DNA of 64,000 nucleotides from Eledone cirrhosa (taxonomy: Eukaryota). A model generated the notes under the pieces. The model had not been told where the DNA came from, made no database searches, and saw only the letters and a list, made by a program, of their open reading frames with translations. The position numbers and the translations under genes were made by a program. The stretch lies in the NCBI GenBank assembly GCA_964016885.1, contig OZ024741.1, positions 59,334,001 to 59,398,000 on the forward strand. The letters run 5' to 3'. This document shows positions 48,554-62,558 of the stretch, piece by piece; positions within the stretch are counted from its first letter, which is position 1, and each line of letters starts with the position of its first letter.

Positions 48554-51268
48554 AACTCCGAGGATAAATCTCAAGGATCACAAAAAACAATTTTCGTACT
48601 GAACTACCTGTTAAACTAATCGCCCCCTCTAAATCAGATCTGGGGGTTGTTAGCAAAGCCATCTTGGATAGAATTATCCCACAGGTACGTTCTAATTGCT
48701 CTTCTTTGAACTTAAATTTATGGTTTGGTACTTCTGAAGTGATTGGCTGGTTCAACAAATTGAATAAGAAAAATAAACAAAAATTTATTCAATTTGATAT
48801 TGCCAGCTACTATTCTTCTATTTCGCCCTTACTTCTCAACAATGCTCTATCTTTCGCTTACAAATATTCAGACATCACCACAGATGAACTTCAAATCATT
48901 CTCACCGCACGTAAAACCATCCTAGAGTTCAACAATGAATATTGGACCAGAGCTGATACCTCTAACAACTTTGACATCACAATGGGAGCATCCGATTCAT
49001 CCCAATTGACAGATTTAATTGGTATCTTTATTTTGAACTGTTTGAATCGGAAAATTCCTCAACTTCGCGGTGGAATTTATCGTGACGATGGACTCTTTAC
49101 TATCTTAAATTGCAACATAGTTAACCTTAATATTATTAAGAACAATATACGTAATCTCTTTAACCAACATAACTTAAAAATTGAATTTGATAACAGCATC
49201 ATACTAGCTAATTTCTTGGATGTATCTCTTAATCTTGACACTGGCCTATATTACCCTTACCATAAAAACAATGAGAACCTAAATTATGTTAATTTTAAAT
49301 CTAACGACCCCACTAATATTAAGAATGCTATAGTTAGTAATATTGGAAAAAGAATATCTAACCTATCTTCTAATAAAAACATCTTTGATGCTAACGCCAA
49401 TTACTATAATAACGCGCTTTCTTAAGCCTGATAAAATCAAATATAGTAAAGAAACAAATTCTAGAAGATCTTACAGTAGAATAATTAATCATGATCATTC
49501 CAATAACTTTAATAAAAGACCTAGATACAAAAACATAATCTGGTATAATGCTCCTTTCTCCATCTCTATTAATAATAATATTCCTAAATTATTCTTTAGT
49601 GCCTTAAATAAATGCTTCCCTCCCTCACATATCTATAGTAAAATATTTAACAAACACACTATAAAATTTTCCTATTCGACCTCCTCCAACATCTCCAACA
49701 TTATCTCTAAACACAACAATAAAATACTAAATACTAAATCTCTTCCTTCCAACACTGAATATCATAATAATAGTAATAGTACTCCCGACGTCATTGTTAA
49801 CACTAGGCTAATTTCTGCAAACCCAAATACAACGTCAAACGCAACTTCGCTAAATGTTCTTAATCCCATTCTAAATCAAGAAACAATTATTCCTATCGTA
49901 AATAACTTCTCCAATCCAACCCCTTCTACAGATAACACTAGGTCACTTGTTAATAACACTGTTAATCTCTCTAATCGCAATTGCAATTGCCCTGTTAAAA
50001 ATAAATGTCCTCTCAACAACCATTGTCTTGAAAAAAACTTAATCTACGAATGTAAAGTTATAACTGACACCAATTCCTTTACCTATTTTGGCTCCACTTC
50101 CACCTCCTTTAAAGCTCGTCTTTATAATCATCATTCGTCTTTTAAATGCCAACTTAAAAGAACCAACACGGCACTCTCAGAACTCATATGGTCCTTGAAA
50201 GACACAAATATTAACTATAACATCTCTTGGAAGAAGATTTGTTCTGCTTCTCCATACTTGAATAGTTCTCTATCTAAGACATGAAATCTCTGTTTATGTG
50301 AAAAATTTACCATTATAACTAATTTAGATTATATAATAAATAGACGCACTGACTTGTTTTCTCTCTGCTTGCATAAATTCCACAGAACATTCCATAAAGT
50401 ATACAGCTAATATCTAATACTTTATCAATTTAAAATCCTTTTCTCAAAGGCACATATATATATATACATATATATTTCTTTAAAAATATACCCATCTTTC
50501 TACCTTATTTCAATGTTATTTATTATACATTATATAATACTAGTTACTCATTCTATATCACTCCTATTTATCACTTCACTTTCTTTCTTTTTTCCTTTTT
50601 TCTTTTCTTTTTTCTTTTTCTTTTAATTTCTAACCCTAATTTGTACCTTTTCTTCCTAGATACTTCTCAATTATCATTGGGCCTAACGTAGAAACAATTA
50701 TTACTCAGCACAATATATTCTTAGTTTATATCACCTTGAAAAAATCCTTCGTAAACATAAACATTTTTTTGGCGTTAGATTATTCATCCTCAATTCATTA
50801 TTTTTTTTCTCCCTTTCATGCTCATCTAACTTATACATATTACACTTATTCATCCACTCTTCTACTTCTTTCACAATATATCCTTAATTACATTACTATT
50901 GCTATATTTTTATATTTTTTAATAATACATATCAACAATTTCTATCCATCGCACATATTATTAAACCCTTAAATATTATTCTTAATACATATTAACAATT
51001 TCTTTTCATCGCACATATTATTAAACCCTTAAATATACAAACCTTAATTTAACATTATTCTAAAAATTTTCTCTTCGTTAATTTTCAAATTCTTTTAATT
51101 TATATATTGTCTTCCAACGGTTTTTCAACCTCTCTATGTAAAACAATATATTTTTCTCAGTTATAAAAGATATTTCTCTCTCTCTCTCTCTATCACCCAT
51201 CTCTCCTCCTATCTCATCCTTCCTCATTATACTCCTCCCTCTCCACTTTTTACTCTCATCTCCTATAT
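48554..51268 (+). mobile_element. Penelope-like element, 5'-truncated: RT, GIY-YIG and AT-rich 3' region
   Basis: LKDHK..PSKSDLG; FIQFDIASYYSSI; TMGASDS; IYRDDGL; NFLDV; IIWYNAPFS; CNCPVKNKCPL; LIYEC..YFGST..RLYNH. Confidence 0.93.
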
Positions 51269-51690
51269 ATATGCAGCGACGTGGTTAGTCAGTCTAGTCA
51301 CTACTTCTGATCAGATCCGAGAATAGCCCTTAGAAGGACTCTTATCGCATACGGTCTGATCAGATCTGAAGATAGCCCTTAAAAGGACAGTTGTCGCATA
51401 TAGCCCTTAAAAGAACTGTTGAGGATGGACAGACGAAAGCACAAGTTGAAAGGACGAAGCAAGGCGAGATGTAAATTCGATCAGCTATTTATTTTCACAT
51501 GAAGCGACGATACGAGGTACAAGGCGTGTGAGTGACAAAGCGTGGCAGAGTAAAGGAACAACGATGCGCTAGCTGACTCTGCCAAAAGTCGACTGGCGAA
51601 GTGTTTGGAACCACTCTATTCATACAGAAACAATCGTTTGATGTTTAGCCGGTGTGTAGGCGTTTATTCTGGTAGCTTTTAAGGGTTCTT

Positions 51691-52500
51691 GCCAGTACTT
51701 GCTACCAGTACGTCGTCAATATACGCGTATACGAAGGGTAGATCGCGTAACACGGTGTCAATAAACCGCTGAAAAGTTTGTGCAGCGTTGCGCAGGCCGA
51801 ACGGCATTCGCAGGAATTCGAATAAACCGAACGGTGTTGTGATTGCGGTCTTCGGAATGTCTGCAGGCTCCATAGGTATCTGGTTATATGCACGCACCAA
51901 ATCTACCTTGGAAAAGATGCGTGCGCCTTGCAGAGAGGCAGAAAAATCGTGCAGGTGAGGTACAGGGTAATTATCGGGCACTGTAGAATTGTTAAGTGCA
52001 CGATAATCCCCACATAGTCGCCAATCATTCTCGTTTTTTTTTTGGAACAAGTGTGTAGGGGTGCAGACCAGTTGCTGGAGGAAGGGCGAATGATTCCGAG
52101 CATGTGTTGGAACTCCTGCTTGGCGATTCTCAATCGGTTTGGAGGCAGTCTCCTTGGTCGGGCAGCTGTGGGTGGTCCCTTTGTCTCGATGTGGTGCGTG
52201 ACACTATGCTTAATGGGACCATCCTTAAATACCGGGCGAGTGATGTCTGGGTATTTCTGGAGAATGCCGTTGTACCGCGAAGGCTCTGACTGGCAAATTA
52301 CAGGGCTCACTGTGGATTGCGTGGTAAATATACCTCTCACAGTGAGGTTTGTGGTGGTGTCGATAAACCTCCGGTTCTTCATATCCACCAGAAGGTTGAA
52401 GTGGTGGAGAAAATCGGCTCCTAGGATCGGGGTCGGCAGGTCTGCCACGACGAACACCCATTGAAAACGCCGCCTCAGGCCTAAATTGAGGGTCAGAGAC
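51691..52500 (-). repeat. ~810-bp copy of the element's own pol segment (55602-56405) inserted in its 3' LTR
   Basis: Near-identical sequence flanked by duplicated TTTAAGGGTTCTT (51678-51690 and 52501-52513). Confidence 0.92.
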
Positions 52501-53511
52501 TTTAAGGGTTCTTTTGTTTCACGTTGAAGTAGCTAGCTAACAGGTAGATGGCGCTTTATATTTCACAGATGTTATTTCCGGTGGCTGTACATTAGCCCCC
52601 TGCCAGTTCTTTTGTACAACAAAAGAGCGAAATATCGTATAGTAATGGGCCAGTGGTGCATTTGTCATGACACTAGCCTCAGGAGTGTCCAGCACGTTGT
52701 GAAATTTTGTGATCATCGAGTACAGGACAGACTCGATGTAGAGATGATATGGCAAGATGTGTGTGTCAGGAAGAGAAAAAGGAAATAAACTATAAAATGA
52801 CTTTGACCAGATTTATGCAGGCGTGATGAATGAGCCTGTTGCAATTTGGGTTGAGCTGCCTGTGAATTGCGTGACAAAAAGTCTAACTGGGCAGTGAAGA
52901 TAACCGTAATTGTGAACTGAATGGCCGTAAGCATGCTGCCTAAAAGTAACAGTTTGCTCCACAGCATATGACTTGAGCGAATGCATGTGGTAAAAAAAAA
53001 TAGCGAGGCATTCTCGAGCTATTGAGTGAATGTGTACGTGAAAAAAGAAGGCCAGTGTTTTGGGGGTGCGATTTGTGAAATGCGTGATCAAAGAGAAAAC
53101 ATTTTGTAGTGTAAGAGTTAAAGGGACACAAATATCTATTGCTCAGTGTATGAACCAGAATGTGAAACAAACGTGGTTTTGTAGTGTGCATGAAAAACAG
53201 GATATGTACACGCATTGTATGTATATAAAAATTATGGCAATTACACAATCAATGTTACAGAACAAGAAAAATATAAATTTTTGCAAAACAAGAGAGTGAA
53301 GAAAACAAATGTTATACACAATGTTTGTTCTTAAATAGAGTTTATAATAAATAGTGTTCATTGTAAATAATGTTCTTCGTGACATGAACACATGGTCACT
53401 AAAAATTGCAATTGTTCAAGCAGAAGTTCATTGTATTTGAAACTGGAAATAGTAAACACAATAAAAATGGAAATGTTTTGTACGAAGACTGATTAATAAA
53501 CTCACTTGAGG

Positions 53512-56500
53512 TTAACGGTAATTCACATATTGTGCCAACTTTGCGGGCCAATGGACGCGTCGTCCGCTTCTCGTGACTGGAGATGAAACAGGTGGCTCGC
53601 TGGGACAGCAATCTGTTGGAGTTTCTGGTGTAGAGACTGTAACAGTATCCATGATGGCTTTTTTTAATCTGTCCACGCTGACAGAATTCTGTTTACCATT
53701 TAGATCGAGAATAAAATATTTCGGATATTTCTTTAGAACACGATAAGGGCCAGAATATGGAGGTCGAAGATGAGCTGAGATGGTGTCGTTTCGAACGAAA
53801 ACGTGTGTCCAATCTTTAATGTCTGAAGGTACGTGTTTGGCCGTGTTCTGTTGACGGGTGCTTGCAGGAGCTAGGTGAGACATATATTGTCGAAGACGGT
53901 GTACGTATGATCCTGGGTCTGGAACATCCTGAGGAGAGATGGGAGCAACCGTCTGACCAGGTAGAACCAGGGTGGTGCCGTACACTAATTCTGCAGGTGT
54001 GTGTCCGAATTCCTCCTTAACGGTGGATCGAATGCCCAGAAGGATGAGTGGTAGGTATTCAAACCAGTGGATATGCTTTTATTGCAGCTTTCAATTGACG
54101 ATGGAATCTTTCCACGAGACCATTAGCTTGCGGGTGATAAGCTGTCGTGCGGATGTGTTTACATCCTAACAGGCGAGTCAGTTCCCTGAAGAGGTGGGAG
54201 TCAAATTGGCGTCCTCTGTCCGTTGTTATCTTCGTTTGGGCGCGATAACGTGATATCCAAGTGTAAAATCAAAGTTTTAGCGACTGTTTCCGCTGAGGTA
54301 TCATTTTTGGGAAAAGCCTCAGGCCAACGAGAAAATCGATCTATGCGGGTGAGCAAGTGTGTGTAGTTCTGTGATGGTGGTAGAGGTCCGACGATGTCGA
54401 TATGCACATGATGAAAACGTGCATCAGGTTGCGTGAATGTGCCGAGTGGAGTTTTGATGTGTCTGTGGACTTTGTCTTTCTGGCAGGCAATGCAGCTCCT
54501 GGACCAGTCGCGCACGTCCTTGTTAATGTTAGTCCACACAAAACGAGCAGAGATGAGTTTCTGTGTAGCCCGGATTCCCGGGTGAGACAAGCAGTGTAAA
54601 GCAGAAAAAACTTGTCGACGATGCATCTGTGGTACGTACGGTCGTTTATGACCGGTAGAAAGGTCGCACCAAATTTGTCCCGGAGAAGAAGGAATGGGAA
54701 CTTGCTGAAACTTGAGGGATGGCGAATCTCGGAGTTTGACAAACTCTTCGTCAGTCTCTTGGTCAGCTGCGATCTGTTGAAGGTCGATGCCTGAATGCAC
54801 ATGTATTGCGTTCAGCTGGATTCGGGACAGGGCGTCGGCTGCTACGTTGTCTGATCCCTTGATATGCCGAATATCAGTTGAATATTGGGAGACAAAATCC
54901 AGGTGTCGGAGTTCCCTCGGTGAATGTCGATCAGGTTTGGTACGGAACGCATAAATTAATGGTTTATGGTCCGTGTAGATCACGAAATCTGATCCTTCGA
55001 GCATGTGCCGAAAATGCTTAACCGAAAGATAGGTTGCCAAGAGTTCGCGGCCAAAGGTACTGTATTTCGTTTCTGCCGGTTGCAACCGCTTAGAAAAGAA
55101 GGATAAGGGTTGCCACACGCCGTCGACATGTTGTTGTAGAACGCCTCCAACCCCCGTGTCTGATGCGTCCACTAGCAGCGAAAGAGGAGCGCCAGACCTG
55201 GGGAAAACGAGCATGGAAGTGTTTGCCAACATTTTCTTCAGGCGGTTAAAAGATGTTAATTCTTCCTCGTTTAGAGTGATCTCTTCGTTTTTGCGAGTCC
55301 GGTTACGAAGAAGGTCCGTGAGGAGTCTGGCTGCGTCGGAACAATGAGGGATAAAACGCCTATAAAAATTCACCAGACCGAGGAATTCACGCAGTTTCCG
55401 AAGTGATGTAGGTGCAGGAAAACTGCGGATAGCTTCTACTTTCTCGGGAAGTGGGCGAATGCCGTCTTTATCGATGATGTGCCCGAGAAAGGACAGTGAA
55501 TGAACGCCGAGAAGGCACTTGCTGGGGTTGATGATGATACCGTACTCGGCCAAACGTCGGAAAAGGAGATCTAAGTGCTTCTCGTGTTCATTCTCGGAAT
55601 CACTTGCTACCAGTACGTCGTCAATATACGCGTATACGAAGGGTAGATCGCGTAACACGGTGTCAATAAACCGCTGAAAAGTTTGTGCAGCGTTGCGCAG
55701 GCCGAACGGCATTCGCAGGAATTCGAATAAACCGAACGGTGTTGTGATTGCGGTCTTCGGAATGTCTGCAGGCTCCATAGGTATCTGGTTATATGCACGT
55801 ACCAAATCTACCTTGGAAAAGATGCGTGCGCCTTGCAGAGAGGCAGAAAAATCGTGCAGGTGAGGTACAGGGTAATTATCGGGCACTGTAGAATTGTTAA
55901 GTGCACGATAATCCCCACATGGTCGCCAATCATTCTCGTTTTTTTTTGGAACAAGTGTGTAGGGGTGCAGACCAGTTGCTGGAGGAAGGGCGAATGATTC
56001 CGAGCATGTGTTGGAACTCCTGCTTGGCGATTCTCAATCGGTCTGGAGGCAGTCTCCTTGGTCGGGCAGCTGTGGGTGGTCCCTTTGTCTCGATGTGGTG
56101 CGTGACACTATGCTTAATGGGACCATCCTTAAATACCGGGCGAGTGATGTCTGGGTATTTCTGGAGAATGCCGTTGTACCGCGAAGGCTCTGACTGGCAA
56201 ATTACAGGGCTTACTGTGGATTGCGTGGTAAATATACCTCTCACAGTGAGGTTTGTGGTGGTGTCGATAAGCCTCCGGTTCTTCATATCCACCAGAAGGT
56301 TGAAGTGGTGGAGAAAATCGGCTCCTAGGATCGGGGTCGGCAGGTCTGCCACGATGAACACCCATTGAAAACGCCGCCTCAGGCCTAAATTGAGGGTCAG
56401 AGACTTCTCCCCGAAAGTCGGAAATGACGATTGGTTCACTGCCTGCAGAAAGGACGGGGTTGGGTGGCTTTTGCCCGTGATTAGTGAAACAGGAATAACA

Positions 56501-56889
56501 CTAACCTGGGCTCCTGTATCCACGAGGTAACGGATGCCTGTCGCCTGGTCGTTAATAAAAAATAGACGACTTTTCTTTTCAGTACCAGGGGTGAACGTCG
56601 TCGCTAGGCCCTGGGTGGCATTCCGGAAAGAGCACGGGGCTTTGCACTTAGATGCCTGCGCGCCGAAACTTGTGTGATACCAGCAGAGGTTGCCAGGCAC
56701 ACGATTTTGACTGGGACTACTGCATCTTCGACTGTGAAAAGGCCTGGATCGATTGTTGCTGCGTCGCCGGTGTGTTTGAAGGGTCAAGTTCTCTACTTCA
56801 TTCGAGAGGGCTTTAATTTGACCAGCCCGCTCTCTGATCATAGCCCGCAGCTCTGAAATCTCGGCCTCTGTCGTTTGTGACATGTCCAT
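53512..56889 (-). pseudogene. pol: gag C-terminus plus pol (protease, RT, RNase H, integrase), frameshifted
   Basis: CWYHTSFGAQASKCKAPC; LVDTGA; YIDD; VDAS; TDHKPL; H..HPG..C..C; WPEA; PYSGPYRV. Confidence 0.93.
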
Positions 56890-57708
56890 GTTGATATTTT
56901 CTTAGGTGCTGTCTGGTTGCGTGTTCGACTCACGTTCGAGTCACCAATTGTGGCGACGTGGTTAGTCAGTCTAGTCACTACTTCTGATCAGATCCGAGAA
57001 TAGCCCTTAGAAGGACTCTTATCGCATACGGTCTGATCAGATCTGAAGATAGTCCTTAAAAGGACAGTTGTCGCATATAGCCCTTAAAAGAACTGTTGAG
57101 GATGGACAGACGAAAGCACAAGTTGAAAGGACGAAGCAAGGCGAGATGTAAATTCGATCAGCTATTTATTTTCACATGAAGCGACGATACGAGGTACAAG
57201 ACGTGTGTGAGTGACAAAGCGTGGCAGAGTAAAGGAACAACGATACGCTAGCTGACTCTGCCAAAAGTCGACTGGCGAAGTGTTTGGAACCACTCTATTT
57301 ATACAGAAATAATCGTTTGATGTTTAGCCGGTGTGTAGACGTTTATTCTGGTAGCTTTTAAGGGTTCTTTTGTTTCACGTTGAAGTAGCTAGCTAACACG
57401 TAGATGGCGCTGTATATTTCACAGATGTTATTTCCGGTGGCTGTACATATATATACATTATATATATATACATTATATATATATATATACATTATATATA
57501 TATATATACATTATATATATATATACATTATATATATATATATATATTATATATATATATATATTATATATATACATTATATATATATACATTATATATA
57601 TATACATTATATATATATACATTATATATATATACATTATATATATATACATTATATATATACATTATATATATATACATTATATATATATACATTATAT
57701 ATATATAC

Positions 57709-57748
<40 letters not shown>

Positions 57749-57908
57749 AGTGTCGGGACCCGACAGCTGAGCTCTTGCTGTTTCAACAACCAGTTCCAGA
57801 TTCTTTATAATATAACCATACTCTGCTATCCCAAGTATCAAGTACTCTGTGGAGTAAAGGTCTAACCAGTTTCAAACTGATTCTAACCTAATTTATACAC
57901 ATATATAT

Positions 57909-58325
57909 AATAGAATTAGGATTTAGCTTCAGGCATAGCTGTATACAGATACATATGGAAATTTCATATTTCGAAAGAAACACGGTATGTTTACAGGTAA
58001 ACATCTAGAAAGCTGTAGTTATGCAAAATTACTGGGGCTAATACTCTCTGGTGGTGTTCAGCTGAAACAAGGTGGACAATCGTGCATGCATTTCGAACTG
58101 AAATGGGTCTCATCAGGATGATCCCTCCCACACTTGTGACTGCTGGACTAGAAAACAGTTGAGAATATATAGTTTTCTCGTCTGTGTAAATGAGGTGATT
58201 AATCTCATTTGCATATGAAGCTACATAAGTTGGCTCAACTTATAATAGAATAGAATTAGGATTTAGCTTCAGGCATAGCTGTATACAGATGTGTATAGAA
58301 ATTTCATATTTCTAAAGGAACATGA
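57909..58325 (-). mobile_element. 340-bp-period partial tandem repeat with decayed HHR
   Basis: 57911-57985 is repeated at 58251-58325; minus strand atc CTGATGA gacccatttcagttc GAAA tgcatgca c gat at 58079-58119. Confidence 0.6.
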
Positions 58326-58394
58326 TGCATAAATTCAGTAATTCTGAATAGCAAAGGAATTGACTCAGTATATGGCTGAGTGGTATAGGTCAGT

Positions 58395-58940
58395 TCATAG
58401 AACCTGGAGTAGGTTACACCTTTTTCTGGAAGAACAAGTCTGAAGAAGAGAAACATGAGCAAGGTGTAGGCTTTGCCATTCAAACTGAGCTAACCAGACC
58501 ATCTGGAGCAACTGTACGGTGTTAGTGACAGAATCATGATCCTCAGCATTACCTTATCACACAGCCATTCTTTGACTATATTTTCCATTTATGCTCTGAC
58601 TCTCTCCAGTAGTGAGGAATCCATAATGGCATTCTATCAAGATCTTCAATCTGCTATTGCCAAAGTTCCAAAAGCAGACAAGATTCTTCTATTTGGTAAC
58701 TTTAACACCAGGGTTGGTAGGGATCATGAGACTTGGGAAGCATTGAGGAAGTACAGTCTTGGATACATGAATGGCAATGGACTGCACCTTCTTCAACTCT
58801 GCACTGAATTTGAACTGGCCATTTGCAACTCCTTTTTTCCACCAGAAGGACGCACATAAGGTTACTTGGATTCACCCAAGATCCAAACATGGGCATGTTC
58901 TTGATGATGTCATCTGTTGTAAATGAGATCTTCAGGGTGC
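58395..58940 (+). mobile_element. LINE (RTE-like) APE endonuclease fragment
   Basis: HEQGVGFAI; IFSIYALT; FYQDLQSAI..ILLFGNFNTRVG; NGNGLHLLQLC; TWIHPRSK. Confidence 0.85.
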
Positions 58941-59105
58941 ATATGTGTATATATTTGTGAATATGTGTATATATAAGATACATGCCATGAAGTGATTGGC
59001 ATTAGGATGAGCATCCAGCAGTAAGAACTATGTCAGAAAGAAATGTAAGAGTGTGATGCAGTCATCTGACCTGTCTAATCTCAGAATGTGTCAAGGCATT
59101 TAACC

Positions 59106-59438
59106 CAGGGTTTCCCAACCTGGGCAATATCAACTGTTGGGTGGGTGATGAGCAATGGAACAGAAAATGATGGGTGATTGGAAATGTTGGTAGACGATAT
59201 AGAATTTGAGTATTAAGAAGGTATTTCAACATATGCTACCCCCAAAATATATTCAAAGAAAATATGCAAAGTACTTGCATATAAAAAAAAACAGGATGCT
59301 AAATGGGAATAGCTAACCAGTACCAAACTTTTACCAAACATTTTTGGTATGTTTTTGAATATTTACTATACAGGTGGGCAGTGAAAAAGTTTTCCATGTG
59401 AAAGTGGGTGATGATGCAAAAATGGTTGGAAACCCATG
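59106..59438. mobile_element. hAT-like MITE
   Basis: CAGGGTTTCCCAACC ... GGTTGGAAACCCATG imperfect TIRs. Confidence 0.55.
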
Positions 59439-60234
59439 GAAAATAGACAATGATGTGTGACAGTGCATGACCTAATGGTCAGGGTGTTCATGGTGTACCT
59501 TAGATATAATAAAATTACAAGATTCAATGATGTCAGTTAAGAAATGTGGTATTTTAAATATTTTATGAAAGAAAATTCTTTCACTGATGATATTCCATAG
59601 TGTTTCTATGTAAAATTATGGCAGCTTAAAATTTTAGCACATGTTTATTAAATTTCAATTTTCTAAATTTGAGAAGGTTGAATAGATTTTCATAACTCAA
59701 AATATATATATTTATTTTTTGTGTATGTGTGTATTTATATATATCTGTATGTGTATCTATACACGTGTGTATGTGTGTATGTGTATATATATATATATAT
59801 ATATAATAGTTTAGAATATTCAGGAAGGTTATTATGAAGATGAGAACCCAAACAGCTGTATACTTGTCAGATCCATTAAATGAGATCCTTTTGGTTTAAG
59901 AAATTAGCAAAGCTCTTGAGAATGCAGAAAATTATTATATATAGTTATTGGGTGAGTTTTCGCTATTGTTTTATAACTTCAATGAATCTATAAGAGAGAT
60001 TTCTTTCTCTTTGTTATAGATTTCAATTGTTTTGTTCATGCAGAAATGGATTATGTGAAAAGAGCATATACATATAAACAAATATTGGGGGGTAAAAATA
60101 ACGGTGTGTTAAACAAACAATATAAAATATGATATACCATTTATAAGCATGCCATGTAAAGATGCAGGGTTTAGTGAGTGTGGTTCAATTCCTGGACTGG
60201 ACAGTGCATCGTGTACTTTATTTTTTATGTTGGT

Positions 60235-60560
60235 CCTTCTGGCAAGAGTTGTGACTGGCAGATAATATCAACAATGGAAAGACCAATGGAAACAGATTCC
60301 TTGATCTGATCTGATCAGCTTCTTTCTTCTGCCAGGAGTTGTGAATGACAGATAGTATTAGCAATGGAAAGACCAATGTACACACTGTTTTCTTGGTGGT
60401 CCAATCTTATGATTTGCTTCTTTCTGACAAATATTATTGGCAATGGAAAAAAAAAGTAGAAATATTGTTTCATATATCCTATCTGATGATCAGCTCCTTT
60501 CTTCTGCCAGGTGTTGCAGTTGATAGTATCAGCAATGGAAAGACCAGGTAATCAGCTCCT
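60235..60560 (+). repeat. Degenerate ~90-100-bp tandem repeat
   Basis: Recurring GATAGTATTAGCAATGGAAAGACCAA; related single copy at 43245-43310. Confidence 0.65.
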
Positions 60561-60907
60561 TTCATTTTTTTCTATAATCCCTTTGTGGAAACCTTTACAT
60601 GATACTCTCAAACAGGTAGTAAAGATATAGCAAAATATCTCCCTGATTTCCAATCATATCATTTTAAATATGTTCATAAGTAATGAACAGTACTATTCCT
60701 GTAGAAGTCACTTCTGTTTGAAATAAAACTAAATGACCTCTCAATTGGATGTTTTGAGTGCCTTGCTTTAACTGGAATTTCTTCTGTCCACAATAGAAAA
60801 AAAACACATTATATATATATTTTTTTTTTCATGCACACACACATGCTCACAAAGACTGAAGAGATGCCATCACTAATACTTCAAAGTCACTGCCATATTT
60901 TTCTTCA

Positions 60908-60945
<38 letters not shown>

Positions 60946-62027
60946 CTACATACACACACCAGAATGTTTGTATGTAATTGTTTTTGTGATGTATGTATGT
61001 ATGAGTATGTGTATGTGCGTATGTGTGTTTGAAATAATGAGCTATTGGTTACAGTTTTGAAGGGAATAAATAAAAGATGTCTTTCACATGGAATTAGGAG
61101 TAACTTCAAACACATATTTCATGGAGGTTCGATGAAGTATGACCAAATAGTTAAAAAGTTTGCTTTGTAATCATGAGGTCCTCGGTTTGATCCCACTACG
61201 TGGCATCTTGGGCAAGTGTCATTTTCTACAGCCTCAGGTCAAAGTCACTGCCATATTTTTCTCTTCAGTCTTTGTGAGTGTGTGTTGTATGTACATATAA
61301 TTTAGAAGATACAAGATGCTGTGTGGTTACTAAAAATAAGTGTTTAGATATATAAGGAAAACACAAAGGACAGGTCCCCTCTTCAGTTGTCTCAGTATAT
61401 ATATATATATTATATATATGTATATATTATATATGTAAATTATATATTATCTATATATTACTAAAAGTATGTGATTGCTTGCCTGCTTGCTTGCCTGTAA
61501 TGTAATACAGCCAAAATGGCACATAATGGGAAAATATTTTGAAAGGAAATTGTCCCTGAAATGGGAATACAAATGGAATAAAACAAGTAAATTGGACCAC
61601 AGGTTCCCGAGGTACCTTCATAAACAAAAAGAGAGAAAAATAGAGAGGAAGAGATAGTGGTTGTGACAGAGTAGACTGAAAGAGAGACATAGAGAGGAGT
61701 CAGAGAAGGAGAATGGAAGAGAGCTGGTGGTGTTGTGTATTTATATATGTGAATGTGTGTGTATATATATGTGTGTGTCTATAACCAGTGTATATAGATC
61801 ACAGACACCCACATATATATATACAGACACACATATATATACATATGTACTCAAGCTCACACATTTATATATATACATACATACACATATATATATATAT
61901 GGGCCTTCCCATTTCATTTCATATTATGTGTATATTTTAATTATTTAAAAATTATTTTTAAGTGAACATGATTTTCTGCAAAAATATTTTAAAGTGAACC
62001 TGAATCAATGGGTCACGGGTGGTCTAG

Positions 62028-62070
<43 letters not shown>

Positions 62071-62228
62071 ATATATTATATATATATATATATTATATAT
62101 ATATATATTATATATATATATATTATATATATATATATTATATGTATATACTATATATATATATTATATATTATATATATTATATTATATATTATATATA
62201 TTATATGTATATACTATATATATATATA

Positions 62229-62558
62229 TGAAGACAAACATAGAATATTCGAAAATATTCTGTATGTTTATAATAAACATTTTGAAGACCCAATCGCTAT
62301 AGAATAGAATACGTCACGTATTACAATTTGAGATTCTCGATAAAAGCATTGGATATGTAATCCTGATGATTTCTAATAAGAATGAAACGCGTAGATTACT
62401 TCCCTTGCTTTTATCGAGAATCTCAAATTGTAATACGTGACGTATTCTATTCTATAGCGATTGGGTCTTCAAAATGTTTATTATAAACATACAGAATATT
62501 TTCGAATATTCTGTTTGTCTTCACATATATATCGCTATTTCAGAGCATTAAATCCAAA
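62229..62558 (+). mobile_element. Foldback element in (TA)n with HHR in the loop
   Basis: 62229-62348 is the reverse complement of 62406-62523; a short unique tail follows. Confidence 0.88.
62357..62399 (+). ncRNA. Minimal type I hammerhead ribozyme
   Basis: gtaatc CTGATGA t ttct aata agaa t GAAA cgcg TA gattac (perfect 6-bp stem I). Confidence 0.88.

Larger units (their letters stand above)
51272..57447 (-). mobile_element. Ty3/Gypsy LTR retrotransposon, CsRn1-like, gag N-terminus deleted
   Basis: 5' LTR 56949-57447; 3' LTR 51272-52591 (interrupted); PBS TGGTGACTCGAACGTG at 56931-56946; PPT AGGGGG at ~52596-52601; flanked by (TA)n. Confidence 0.95.

Noticed and set aside
59830-59866. ATGAAGA..AAACAGCTGTA possible HHR remnant
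   Set aside because: Core too degenerate and no stem II.
60235-60560. CRISPR-like repeat spacing
   Set aside because: Degenerate whole-unit tandem repeat in a eukaryotic context; no unique spacers or cas genes.
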